From IMG/VR virus record IMGVR_UViG_3300017783_000006, positions 14,805-78,804 of that record: 64,000 nt of DNA. The stretch is one strand, 5' to 3'. The position numbers and the translations under genes are program-made. The notes below the pieces were generated by a model, which saw only the letters and a list, made by a program, of their open reading frames with translations, had not been told where the DNA came from and ran no database searches. The first letter of the stretch is position 1. Each line of letters begins with the position of its first letter. The DNA comes from a virus. Shown here one piece after another: positions 36,262 to 45,997 of the stretch.

Positions 36262-39200
36262 TTATACACAATCGACGAAAGAAACAATACCAACTTGGTT
36301 GACCGTTCTGATCTTTGTATATAGTGGAGTATATTTAAGGATTGGGTATATAGATGCACCATCACCAGTATTGGTAATTATTTCTATAGTAGGATATTCT
36401 GAAAATCTAGAATTACAAGTAAGAGAAGTTACTCCAATTATAGAACCATTAGGTGCAAGTAATGGAATATATGAACATGGACCTATCACAACTCTATCAC
36501 CAGAAGTATATCCAATACCTGGAGTTACTGGAACGACAGAGGTAATTATACCAACACTGGTAGTTCCAACACCTACTGGTCTATCAATTAATGGAATATT
36601 GACTAAACCTTTTCCGTTATTCAACGATAAAGATAAAATATTATTTTCATTTGGGAAGTTATCTTCAATTGTTTGAATTTGTAGTGTACTTATGTTGGAT
36701 TGTACAATAAACTCTCCTTGTAATTTAGTACCTGAAGCCAAATCATCTGGAGTTACACCACTGATAGTATATCCAACTTTTTCACCATCATCTATGTTTT
36801 TCGTAGACAATGTAACAACAAATGATTCCCCTTCACTAACTCTAGGTTTATTACTAGACAATTTATAAGTAGCACCAGGAACTACAGGTTCTCTTTTATT
36901 AATTAATGGAACCTGAATTGAACTCCTTCCATTATTCAGTGTTAATCGAATAACTTTATCTTCTTCAGAATTATTTCTTAAAGTTTTAATTAAAACTTGA
37001 CTTTTATTTGAATTAACAACAAAATTTCCAGTTAAAGAACTTCCAGCAAATAAGTCATCAGAAGTTACACCACTAATTGTGTATGAAACTCTTTGTCCAT
37101 CATCAAGGTTAGTTGTTGATAGAGTAATTAATACATTTTCACCTTTAAGAACTGTTGGTTTATCACTAACCAGTTTATACCGAACACCAGTATCAGGATC
37201 TGGTCCTGGTGTAGGTCCAGGAGGAGTAGGGGGTCCAGGTGGTTGTGGTGTAGGAGTAGGACCAGGAGGTTGTGGAGTAGGTCCAGGAGGAGTAGGGGGT
37301 CCAGGTGGAGTAGGGGATGTATCCGTAATACTAACTGATGCAAATGCTCTCCCATTATTTAAAGTCATCTTCATGACTTCAAATACTTCATTTAAGGAAT
37401 CTAAAGCAGTTTCAATCGTGACAGTTGCTTGTCCATTATTTCCGATAGTAAACACACCAGTAGTATTTCCACCTACAACATCACCACCAGATATTCCAGA
37501 TAGTGAATATCCAACTGAAGTATTACTGGGGACATTAGTTGTTGTTAAAGTAAATGTTACAGAATCTCCCTCATTTATAGAAGTTTCAGATGCACTAAGA
37601 GCATATGTAGCATTTACTGGTGGGGTTGGCTCTGGAGGTTGTGGTGGAAGAATAGGGGGAGGAACAGGAGTAGGTGGTGTAGGTCCAGGAGTAGGTGGAG
37701 TAGGAGGAGGAGTAGGACCAGGAGTAGGTGGAGTAGGAGTGGGTGGAGTAGGACCAGTATTTCCACCACCAGGAGGAGGTGGTGCAATACCAGGAGGTGA
37801 CTCACTAGGATCTGTTGGTTCTGGTACTAGTAAAGGAGTAGCCAAATCATTTACAAACACTAAAGTATTTGCAACTAATGTTCCATCTTTATCAAAAAGA
37901 TTAAAGAACATTGTTTCAACTGCTTCTGGTTCACTATCTTGTTCTACTTTGATAGTCAACGATGCAGTATTATTATTAATTTTTATTTTTTTATTTAACT
38001 GTTTCAAATTAACATCACTTAAATTGATGTCACCACTAATCTCATATTCTAATTTTGTACCATCAGGAATATTTGTCGTGTTAATAGTAAACTGTACGGT
38101 ATCACCTTCAAATACTGTATATTTGTTTGCTGTAACAAGATATGTTGGAGGTGATACTAGATTTGTATAATCACCTTTACAAAATCCACTTCCTGCATTA
38201 ACAACATATATTCCACTAATACTTCCGTTTTCTATATTTACACCAAGTTCTGCTCCAGTACCATGATTTGTATTATCAATAATTACTGCTGTTGGTGCTT
38301 TCTTATATCCTTTACCCGCATTAAGAACTTCAACAGTTAAAATTGAACCATTATCAGCAACAATAGGAACTGCCGATGCCTGTATTCCATCACCGTATAT
38401 TCTAATTTCTGGTGGTATACATATTGCTGCTTTTATTCCTGGTGGTAGTGGTGTTATGCTGTCTTGTCTTGATGGATTAATTGATTCTTTAGAACAACTC
38501 TTAAATGGTGAATTTCCAGTATAACCAAATAATGAAGTAAAACCCATTGCTTGGTCAATGTCATCATTGACACCTTTAAGAAGATCCAATTTACTTAATG
38601 TTCTTGCCCAACTATCTTTATAATTTCTAAGTGGTCCAGTCAAAGGACTCCATGTTGATGCGGGTTGACACTTTAATTGATCGCAACCTATGAAATTTAA
38701 AATCTGCTGTGCAACAGCAGATACTTGACTTAATACACTACTAATCTGAGATAATCCACCCAATAACCAGTCAAGTCCAGACATGATTGGTTCTAGTAAA
38801 TCATCAAGAAATTCCATCATTTTTCCAAGAATACCAGCAGTAAACTCCTCAGCAGCACAAAGAGGTGCATTGATAACTCTGCCAACCATATTGGTTAGTA
38901 GATTTTCAATAAATTGTAAGAGTTTTGGTAATAAATTTTCAAATAAACAAAAGATAATATTGATGATATTTTTTGTTGCTTCTGCTACTGGAGCATGTTG
39001 TGGTAATGGTAAAACTTTTGCAATAAAATCCCTAAACAGTGATGTTACAAGATTTATAATTGCACTTCTCATATTATTGACAATGAATTTCACAATGCCA
39101 GCAATTCTGTTTGCAAAACCCTTTATTGATTGTGTAATATCAACAAATGTATTTGCAATTGGGTCAATGTAACTTCCTTGGAATTCTTGTATAACAGAAA

Positions 39201-39939
39201 TGAATCCAATAAAGTCGTTCAATACACTAGAAATTTTTCCAATTAAATTATCATTACATCCATTTTCTCTAACTATCGTGACCGTAGATAAAATTGCTGC
39301 ATGTTTAGCAGATGCTTTGTCTTCTCTTGTTAGTTTATCTGCACCAGAAGGTTTAGATTCTGTTTGAGCAGGTGGTATTTTACCAGGAGTTGCACTAGAA
39401 CCTGCGTTTGGCAATGGGTTTGGTGATGTATCTGCACTTCCCTGTGTAGCAGTACTTAATGCTTTTTGTTGTGTTGGTCCTTGAACTAATTTTCCTCTAC
39501 TAGCACTAAATGGTTTTAGTTCATCTTTTATTGATTCTAATGGAAAACTACCAACACTTTCATTTCTATGGATACAACCAACAACTACTGGTTGTTGTGC
39601 TTCTTCCCCATCAATGAAAAATCCGAAAGCAGTTTCACCACCAGTTAAACGTAATGTTTGTCCAACACCACCCTGAGCAGCACCATCAGCACCAGTTGTC
39701 ATTACATGTGCCCAAGGTAAGTCGTTATCAGGCAATACATCCCTATCAAAAGGATGATACCCAATTACCCTTACCTTGCATCTATATGCCCAAGCAGTTC
39801 CTAATGGATTTTCAACAGTTGTGGTATCTGGATCGGTCATTTCGGTTCTCCAGACACTTGCTGGAGCAATTTGACCTATCCACCAAACAAATCCGTCTTT
39901 TCCAATAAAATTTGATTTTAGTAAAGAACCTTCAATCAT
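36262..39939 (-). CDS. gp5: Baseplate hub gp5 (OB-fold) with Pro-rich linkers and four Ig/Calx-beta-like repeats
   Basis: GKDGFVWWIGQ, RCKVRVIGYH, DLPWA, GFFIDGEEAQQPVVVG. Confidence 0.85.
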   Translation of the reverse strand: MIEGSLLKSNFIGKDGFVWWIGQIAPASVWRTEMTDPDTTTVENPLGTAWAYRCKVRVIGYHPFDRDVLPDNDLPWAHVMTTGADGAAQGGVGQTLRLTGGETAFGFFIDGEEAQQPVVVGCIHRNESVGSFPLESIKDELKPFSASRGKLVQGPTQQKALSTATQGSADTSPNPLPNAGSSATPGKIPPAQTESKPSGADKLTREDKASAKHAAILSTVTIVRENGCNDNLIGKISSVLNDFIGFISVIQEFQGSYIDPIANTFVDITQSIKGFANRIAGIVKFIVNNMRSAIINLVTSLFRDFIAKVLPLPQHAPVAEATKNIINIIFCLFENLLPKLLQFIENLLTNMVGRVINAPLCAAEEFTAGILGKMMEFLDDLLEPIMSGLDWLLGGLSQISSVLSQVSAVAQQILNFIGCDQLKCQPASTWSPLTGPLRNYKDSWARTLSKLDLLKGVNDDIDQAMGFTSLFGYTGNSPFKSCSKESINPSRQDSITPLPPGIKAAICIPPEIRIYGDGIQASAVPIVADNGSILTVEVLNAGKGYKKAPTAVIIDNTNHGTGAELGVNIENGSISGIYVVNAGSGFCKGDYTNLVSPPTYLVTANKYTVFEGDTVQFTINTTNIPDGTKLEYEISGDINLSDVNLKQLNKKIKINNNTASLTIKVEQDSEPEAVETMFFNLFDKDGTLVANTLVFVNDLATPLLVPEPTDPSESPPGIAPPPPGGGNTGPTPPTPTPPTPGPTPPPTPPTPGPTPPTPVPPPILPPQPPEPTPPVNATYALSASETSINEGDSVTFTLTTTNVPSNTSVGYSLSGISGGDVVGGNTTGVFTIGNNGQATVTIETALDSLNEVFEVMKMTLNNGRAFASVSITDTSPTPPGPPTPPGPTPQPPGPTPTPQPPGPPTPPGPTPGPDPDTGVRYKLVSDKPTVLKGENVLITLSTTNLDDGQRVSYTISGVTSDDLFAGSSLTGNFVVNSNKSQVLIKTLRNNSEEDKVIRLTLNNGRSSIQVPLINKREPVVPGATYKLSSNKPRVSEGESFVVTLSTKNIDDGEKVGYTISGVTPDDLASGTKLQGEFIVQSNISTLQIQTIEDNFPNENNILSLSLNNGKGLVNIPLIDRPVGVGTTSVGIITSVVPVTPGIGYTSGDRVVIGPCSYIPLLAPNGSIIGVTSLTCNSRFSEYPTIEIITNTGDGASIYPILKYTPLYTKIRTVNQVGIVSFVDCV
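37195..37840 (-). repeat. Pro/Thr/Gly low-complexity coding repeats (PTPPTPGP)n, two blocks
   Basis: ggagtaggt-type tandem repeats at about 37195-37320 and 37610-37840. Confidence 0.9.
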
Positions 39940-39945
39940 TGTTTA

Positions 39946-40173
39946 TCAATCTTCGTAAACTAAACACTCTGGCTCTGATGGGTTAGCATCACAATACAGT
40001 TCTAAAGGAGTAGGGTCATGATGATCACCTGCTTCAATCTCTTTTTTATGATTCTCTGCATAATCCTCTAAGTCATGCAGTTCACCCTCAATGTGACGAC
40101 GTTGTTGTGGAGATATAGTTGAGTTATCTAAAATCTCTTTATCAACTTTTATATGCTTTTCGATACTTTCCAT
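39946..40173 (-). CDS. cp12: CP12 Calvin-cycle inhibitor, auxiliary metabolic gene
   Basis: C-terminal LELYCDANPSEPECLVYED CP12 signature. Confidence 0.93.
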   Translation of the reverse strand: MESIEKHIKVDKEILDNSTISPQQRRHIEGELHDLEDYAENHKKEIEAGDHHDPTPLELYCDANPSEPECLVYED

Positions 40174-40182
40174 ATTTACCTT

Positions 40183-41499
40183 TTAAGTAGATGTGCCATA
40201 TACACCGTAACTATCTCTAATAAGTTTTAAAGAAGTTACCATTTGAGAACCTTCTATGTGGTGCCTTAATTGACTTATCAAATAATTTCCACTTTGTTGT
40301 TCATCAATTTTGTCAGAACCACCTTTAATTTCTGGAAATTCGCAATAAACGATATCACCAGCTTTTAAATTAACATTACATGGTACTGTCATATTTAGGG
40401 ACTGAGTAAAGAGTAAATTATATCTTGCTGCTGCTTTTGCCATATCTGCAGCATCTCTTCCTGATGGGTTTGAAATGTCCTCAGTATTATCTAGAACACC
40501 AGTGTCGGCAATTCTTACCATCTGTCGAGTCCATCCTTCACCCAATTCTTCTGATAATGCAATATCATTATCAGTACCTAAAGTTAACTGAATTTGTTCT
40601 TTTAATTTATAAATATATGTTTTGCAAATTCCACTATAGTAATCATAGAAGTATGTTTTATTTACATACATGCCCACTCTTAGTGCTTTTAACAAATCAA
40701 TATTTTTTTCAATCTTATAATTTAAGATTCTAAATTCAGCTCTAGTATCATCATATGATGTTGCTCCTGTATAAGTATAACCCGGAATCTCCGTATTGTC
40801 AGCTGACCCAGAACCAATTTGTGTGTTTGAAACCAAACTTTCTATACTTTTAAAGTTAAATCCATCTTTATTCTCCCAGAAAAAGAATCCAGCAGTTCCT
40901 TTTGCTTCACCTTCTGTACTTCCATCACCAGTATTTCCCCCACTACCATTTACTACTGGTAACCCCTTTGTTCCTAACCAAGTAAGAACTCTAAATGGTT
41001 TTCTTATGTTTCCTATAAAACTATATGAATTGGAAGTTTGTTCAATATTTTCTTCTTCATATTTTGTCGTCCCTAAATCTTCTTCCAATATCTTCTCTAC
41101 GGTAGTCTTTAGATTACCTGTATATTTTCTTAAACACCTTGATTTTTCATTATTTACTCCTTCAAATGAAGTAAAATGAATGGTGAAGTATTCATTAGTA
41201 TCTCTAGGATTAATATTACTAACTTTAAATACATACATTGAGTATTCCTCATCCAATGTAAATTCACCACTAGGAGTATTAACACTAAATACAAATTTTT
41301 CACCACCCCTAATGGGTAGAAAATTATATAATGATGTTGTGTTAACAACAGTTACTGACATAGTTACGCATGGAGACAAAATATCCTCATAGTAATCAGA
41401 ATGAATAATTATATTGGATATATCCACTTCATTCTCACCATCTAGAGAAGTTATGACGGCATAATTAAATTGTAAACCACTTACTGCTTCGTTTGACAT
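40183..41499 (-). CDS. Baseplate hub protein (gp27-like)
   Basis: YYEDILSP, GFFFWEN.DGFNFKSI, L.AGD...SGNYLI..L.H; position upstream of gp5. Confidence 0.6.
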   Translation of the reverse strand: MSNEAVSGLQFNYAVITSLDGENEVDISNIIIHSDYYEDILSPCVTMSVTVVNTTSLYNFLPIRGGEKFVFSVNTPSGEFTLDEEYSMYVFKVSNINPRDTNEYFTIHFTSFEGVNNEKSRCLRKYTGNLKTTVEKILEEDLGTTKYEEENIEQTSNSYSFIGNIRKPFRVLTWLGTKGLPVVNGSGGNTGDGSTEGEAKGTAGFFFWENKDGFNFKSIESLVSNTQIGSGSADNTEIPGYTYTGATSYDDTRAEFRILNYKIEKNIDLLKALRVGMYVNKTYFYDYYSGICKTYIYKLKEQIQLTLGTDNDIALSEELGEGWTRQMVRIADTGVLDNTEDISNPSGRDAADMAKAAARYNLLFTQSLNMTVPCNVNLKAGDIVYCEFPEIKGGSDKIDEQQSGNYLISQLRHHIEGSQMVTSLKLIRDSYGVYGTST

Positions 41500-43697
41500 T
41501 AGGTATCGTTTAGATTAGTTAAGAATATCTTTTTCATTAAACTATTTACCAAAGCACTGTCGGAGATTCCACCAGGAATTATTTGCGAAGGAGATCCTCC
41601 CCCACCAATTGATGGTGCTCCACCCACCCCTCCAGGAGAAGATGTGCTTGGTAATATTACAGGTACAATTGTAGTTGAAGAACCTGGTTTATCATAAGAT
41701 GGGTATTGTCTAATACTTTCTGGTGACCTTTGTAGTCCTCTTGAATCTAATTCAAATCCACCTTTAGCATTGGGGTCTATTTGTCCTTTTGGTGCTACTG
41801 TTCCGATGGCAGTAGATAGACTTTGAATAAACTCATCAAATTTTTTGGTTTGTGTAAAATTCTTCCCATAATGCTTTTCCCAATCAACCATAACACCAAG
41901 TTCAACTAATGCTGTGGGTGATGCAGCACCAGCATTTACTGTTGCATTTCCCTGAGTGCTTGTTCTAAAACTTCCAAGTTCGGGATTAGAAGATGAAAAT
42001 TCACTCAACGCAGTATTGATAGGTGCGGCAAGATTTGAATCTTCATCATCTCCGGGTCTTGTTATGGTCATAAATCCAGTGCTTCCTTTGGCATCAAAAT
42101 GAAGTGGTAGAACTCGAACACCCTTTTTAGATTGTGATTTAATATACTTATCATATGCTTGATATGAAGAAAATGACTCTGGTTTTACAATAGCAACATT
42201 ATATCCCTGTGCTTCTAACTTTGCTTTTAATTTTTCTGCAGCAGGATCTTGATGCTCACGCTCTCGGCCATCAGCACCAGTATATGTTGATTGTTTAAAT
42301 GATGTTTTGGCATCAGTATCTGGAAATTTTCCAGATAAAGAAGATGGAACATGGTCTAAAGGAATAATAATATCATGTGATCCTGTAGGAGAAATACCTG
42401 CGATTTTCTCTTTTTTAACCACATTTGGTGATGATTTTGAACCATGTGCTCCATGACCTACAAATGCTTGTGTTCCTGAAATTTTTCCTTGAATCCCAAA
42501 CCCATTAGGAATCTCTTTCACATCTTTAATACCAGGAATTGCCGTTCCTTTTGGTGCTGCAATATCAAGTCCACCATGAGAACTACCAGAAGATCTAGTC
42601 ATATGAGCATTCTGTTCTTGCTCGATATATTGCTTTAATGTTGCATCATCTGGGGGATTTTCAGCATCCACATTAATTTGTGCATTTGTAAATGTAAAAG
42701 GTATCTTTCTTGACAACAAATTCTTAGCAATTTTATATGCACCTTTTCTCGCAGCAGGTAAACCCTCTGGTTTACCATAAACTTCATGATCTGGTCCAAT
42801 ATGAAAATGGTCACCACGAGAATTTCCAGTATTACCTTGTATAAAAGTATTTTCTCCTTCTAATCCTTTATGTAGATTATCAAGCATTGATGATGAGGAT
42901 TCATCTGAAACTGGTGCTTTAGGTAATAATCCAAAACCAGTTAAGAATTTAGTGAACTGGTTGGAAAATCCTTGGAATGATCTTAAAAATCCGTCATAAG
43001 AACTCTTATCTTTTGTATTTTGTTTTTGTTCCTTTATTAATTCTTTTACTGCAGTGTCTTGTTTATTTTGAACAGTTGATTCATATGCCCTGTCACCACC
43101 GTAACCACCCAAGAAACTACCTGCTGTACTACCCAAGACAAATCCAACACCAGGAATAGGTATGAGAGCTTGACCAATCATACCTCCAAGAATTCCCCCA
43201 GCAAGAGAACCACCAGCACCTGCTGCTGCTTTTCCTACACTCTCACCTTCCTGCAATCCAGTAGCAAAATCAAGTCCCGCAAATATTGAATTTAAGATAC
43301 CAATAGATCTTAATGGGCCAAACTTTATTTTTGTGCCAGATACTTTAGGTGCTTTTGGTTTTCCACTGGGTTTCTGTGGTTTTCCTGGTGTTCCTTTCTG
43401 TGGATACATTCCCCCAAGTAAACCAGCGGTATCTACAGCACCAGATGCGAAATTACTCAGTAAACTACCGGGATTACCAAATAAACCACCGACATTTAAA
43501 TTTTGTAATTCCTTTATCTTTCTCTTCTTTGGAAGATTTATTGCATCCAAAGCATTTTTTTCCTTATCAATTAATAGAGAAAATGATTCATAATCTTGCT
43601 GCATTTTTGGCAGTTCTCTTTTAGTTCTGCTATTGAATGCGGCAATATTATTAAATGCCGATACTAATGGTGATGATACTGCTTTTGTTTTTGCCAT
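41499..43697 (-). CDS. Virion protein with glycine-zipper TM region, permuted M23-like peptidase and Amidase_3-like domain
   Basis: GNTGNSRGDHFH, HGGLDIAAPKGT; IIIPLDH...ERE...LHFDA...LVELG. Confidence 0.65.
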   Translation of the reverse strand: MAKTKAVSSPLVSAFNNIAAFNSRTKRELPKMQQDYESFSLLIDKEKNALDAINLPKKRKIKELQNLNVGGLFGNPGSLLSNFASGAVDTAGLLGGMYPQKGTPGKPQKPSGKPKAPKVSGTKIKFGPLRSIGILNSIFAGLDFATGLQEGESVGKAAAGAGGSLAGGILGGMIGQALIPIPGVGFVLGSTAGSFLGGYGGDRAYESTVQNKQDTAVKELIKEQKQNTKDKSSYDGFLRSFQGFSNQFTKFLTGFGLLPKAPVSDESSSSMLDNLHKGLEGENTFIQGNTGNSRGDHFHIGPDHEVYGKPEGLPAARKGAYKIAKNLLSRKIPFTFTNAQINVDAENPPDDATLKQYIEQEQNAHMTRSSGSSHGGLDIAAPKGTAIPGIKDVKEIPNGFGIQGKISGTQAFVGHGAHGSKSSPNVVKKEKIAGISPTGSHDIIIPLDHVPSSLSGKFPDTDAKTSFKQSTYTGADGREREHQDPAAEKLKAKLEAQGYNVAIVKPESFSSYQAYDKYIKSQSKKGVRVLPLHFDAKGSTGFMTITRPGDDEDSNLAAPINTALSEFSSSNPELGSFRTSTQGNATVNAGAASPTALVELGVMVDWEKHYGKNFTQTKKFDEFIQSLSTAIGTVAPKGQIDPNAKGGFELDSRGLQRSPESIRQYPSYDKPGSSTTIVPVILPSTSSPGGVGGAPSIGGGGSPSQIIPGGISDSALVNSLMKKIFLTNLNDT
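41718..41782 (+). repeat. 65-bp direct repeat copy 1 (62/65 identical to 43931-43995)
   Basis: Manual alignment; encodes IDPNAKGGFELDSRGLQRSPE. Confidence 0.95.
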
Positions 43698-45823
43698 TAT
43701 CCGTCAACAATATTGTAAGTTAGTTTTGAATACATGGTTAAAAAGTTTTCAGTATCACCAGATGCTAACTGTGGAACTGTCGGTCCTTCATTTTTACCTG
43801 GAAGAATAGTAGGAGAACCCCCTCCAGATGCTTGCTGTTGTGGTGCCGCACCAGACAAATCTAATGGAACAACACTTGACGACCCACTACCAGAACCTGA
43901 TGGTATTGGTTGAGATATTGATTCTATTTGTTCTGGTGACCTTTGTAGTCCTCTTGGATCTAATTCAAACCCACCTTTGGCATTGGGGTCTATTTTTGCA
44001 ACTGGAAGTTTTCCAATTTTACCACCAGAATCAAACAAATAATTTCCTCCAGGACCTCTTCTCTTACCCCGTCCAGCATAACCTCTAAATGAAATTAAAT
44101 CACCAACAAAATCACGAGATTGTGCTGCTACTGCAGTATCATTTTTGAATTGCTTTAACACATTTGATGCCGGTGCTGCTAGCTCTGGTCTTCCGATAAA
44201 ATCAGCAAAGTTTTGTATACCATCAGTACCACTAGATAATTCTTTTATTTTTTTAATTCTTTCTTCTGGTGTTTTTCCAAGTTTTGCTTTTATTGGACCA
44301 TATACACGTTCTGCATCAGGGTCTTTACTTGGGATATCATATATCATTGATGATATTGGACTAAACTGTTCTCTCTCAGTCATCTGTCCAAATAAATCAC
44401 CATAAGGTGTGAGTGGATTATTAACACGATTTAACGCTACTTGCATAACATCTGCTTGATTTTGTAATCCAGTTGCTTCCAATGTTGATGTAACAGCAGC
44501 CAGATTCTCACCTGCTACTGTAGAACCAGTAGTATCCCCGGATGGTCTTGATACTGGTTGTGGTCCACTTGGTTTGGGGTCATCATCATTTTTATCTTTA
44601 TTTAAAAATCCAAATATCGTTCCCGCAAATCCATCAACAATACCCTTTAATGAATCTAAAAAATTAAATTTGTTATCTTCTTTTTGTATTTGTGGTTTAT
44701 TTTCCAAGGCATTTACTGTGGCTGCACCACCAACTGCAAGAGCACCCATACCAAGGGCTGGTAATGCCATTCTTCGCATAAGACCACCCACTCTTCCACC
44801 TCTTGGTTTTGCTGCATTTGGTCCTTTGCGTGGCATTCTAACATCAAGGTTAATTCCACTACCTCTACCAGGAGATGCTTTCGGTAGATTTGATAATTGT
44901 CCAACTATTTTAAATAGTGTTTGCCTAACTAACTTAGCAACTTCAAAACTTTCAGTAAATGAAGTAACAAGATTCTTTAAATTTTTTCTTAATCCATCAA
45001 CATTCTTTTTATTTGCAAAGAACTGTAAGAAACCTAAAGCATTATTATATGTGTCTAAGAATTTATCTAAGATATTTGTTGGTTTAGCCGCATCAATATC
45101 TTTAATTTTCTTTTGATAATCACCTGTTAATTTCTGTACAATATTATTTGTTTCTTGTCTTACATTTTGAAGACTATTCTGTACTTGAGTTACCTGAGAA
45201 CCCTGTGATTGTCTAACTTGCTGTATCTGAGTACTTAATCCTGTACCTACATCTTTTATCTTTCTATCAACACTTCTATTTGTGATATTGGTTGACTTAT
45301 CAACCAATTGCTGCACTTCATTCATAACATTGTAAGAACCTAAGTCCCCACCCAAAGGAGTATTTGATTTGGATTCTTTTACCAAATCAATTTGCCTCTG
45401 TAAGTCACCAGTTACATTCTGAACTAGTTTATTATTTTCTTGAGTAATATTTCTAACAGAATTTTGTAAATTAGTTATTGAAGAATCTTTTCTTTCAACA
45501 ATATTTCCAATTTGTCTAATTATTAATTTATTATTATCTTTGATTTTATCACTAACATTTCTATTAACAATATTCGTTACATTTTGTAGGGTACTATTCA
45601 GTTCATTTTGAATATTGCTAGAAATTGTATTAACAATAGAGCTTATATCTGGATTTACTGCCTTAACAGATGCTCTTTGAAAACCAATATCTTGTTGTCC
45701 AGAAGCAGATACTGTAGATTGCCCTACTGATGATCCACCAGAAATAAAATTTTGAAATGATTCAAGACTTGCAGGTGGATTGCCCGTTATTGCTTCTGGA
45801 TTTAGTGGTGATCTAACTGGCAT
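43697..45823 (-). CDS. Virion protein with coiled-coil repeats, TM segment and SleB/Hydrolase_2-like domain
   Basis: LEA...QADVMQVALNRV...EQFSP; two about 65-aa repeats ending VQ..TGD.Q..I. Confidence 0.6.
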   Translation of the reverse strand: MPVRSPLNPEAITGNPPASLESFQNFISGGSSVGQSTVSASGQQDIGFQRASVKAVNPDISSIVNTISSNIQNELNSTLQNVTNIVNRNVSDKIKDNNKLIIRQIGNIVERKDSSITNLQNSVRNITQENNKLVQNVTGDLQRQIDLVKESKSNTPLGGDLGSYNVMNEVQQLVDKSTNITNRSVDRKIKDVGTGLSTQIQQVRQSQGSQVTQVQNSLQNVRQETNNIVQKLTGDYQKKIKDIDAAKPTNILDKFLDTYNNALGFLQFFANKKNVDGLRKNLKNLVTSFTESFEVAKLVRQTLFKIVGQLSNLPKASPGRGSGINLDVRMPRKGPNAAKPRGGRVGGLMRRMALPALGMGALAVGGAATVNALENKPQIQKEDNKFNFLDSLKGIVDGFAGTIFGFLNKDKNDDDPKPSGPQPVSRPSGDTTGSTVAGENLAAVTSTLEATGLQNQADVMQVALNRVNNPLTPYGDLFGQMTEREQFSPISSMIYDIPSKDPDAERVYGPIKAKLGKTPEERIKKIKELSSGTDGIQNFADFIGRPELAAPASNVLKQFKNDTAVAAQSRDFVGDLISFRGYAGRGKRRGPGGNYLFDSGGKIGKLPVAKIDPNAKGGFELDPRGLQRSPEQIESISQPIPSGSGSGSSSVVPLDLSGAAPQQQASGGGSPTILPGKNEGPTVPQLASGDTENFLTMYSKLTYNIVDG
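43931..43995 (+). repeat. 65-bp direct repeat copy 2
   Basis: Encodes IDPNAKGGFELDPRGLQRSPE. Confidence 0.95.
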
Positions 45824-45995
45824 TTTTTTGCTGCTGTTGTTTTAACTGTTCCTCTTCAATATGCTGCTTCAAAAGTCCAACATAAACATCTCTTTCCCAA
45901 GGAATCATATTTTCTACCTCAGTCAAAGAATATTTATGAAACTGTAGCAAAGCAAAATTTATTCTATAGTATGCCTCAAGATCCATATGAGACAT
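45813..45995 (-). CDS. gp51: Baseplate hub assembly protein gp51-like
   Basis: YY..NFAL.Q.HKYSLTE.ENMIPWER.VYV.LL. Confidence 0.85.
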   Translation of the reverse strand: MSHMDLEAYYRINFALLQFHKYSLTEVENMIPWERDVYVGLLKQHIEEEQLKQQQQKNAS

Positions 45996-45997
45996 AA

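Noticed and set aside
37079-38170. 363-aa plus-strand Gly/Val/Pro elastin-like ORF
   Set aside because: It is the antisense shadow of the Pro-rich gp5 repeats, with no promoter or RBS support.
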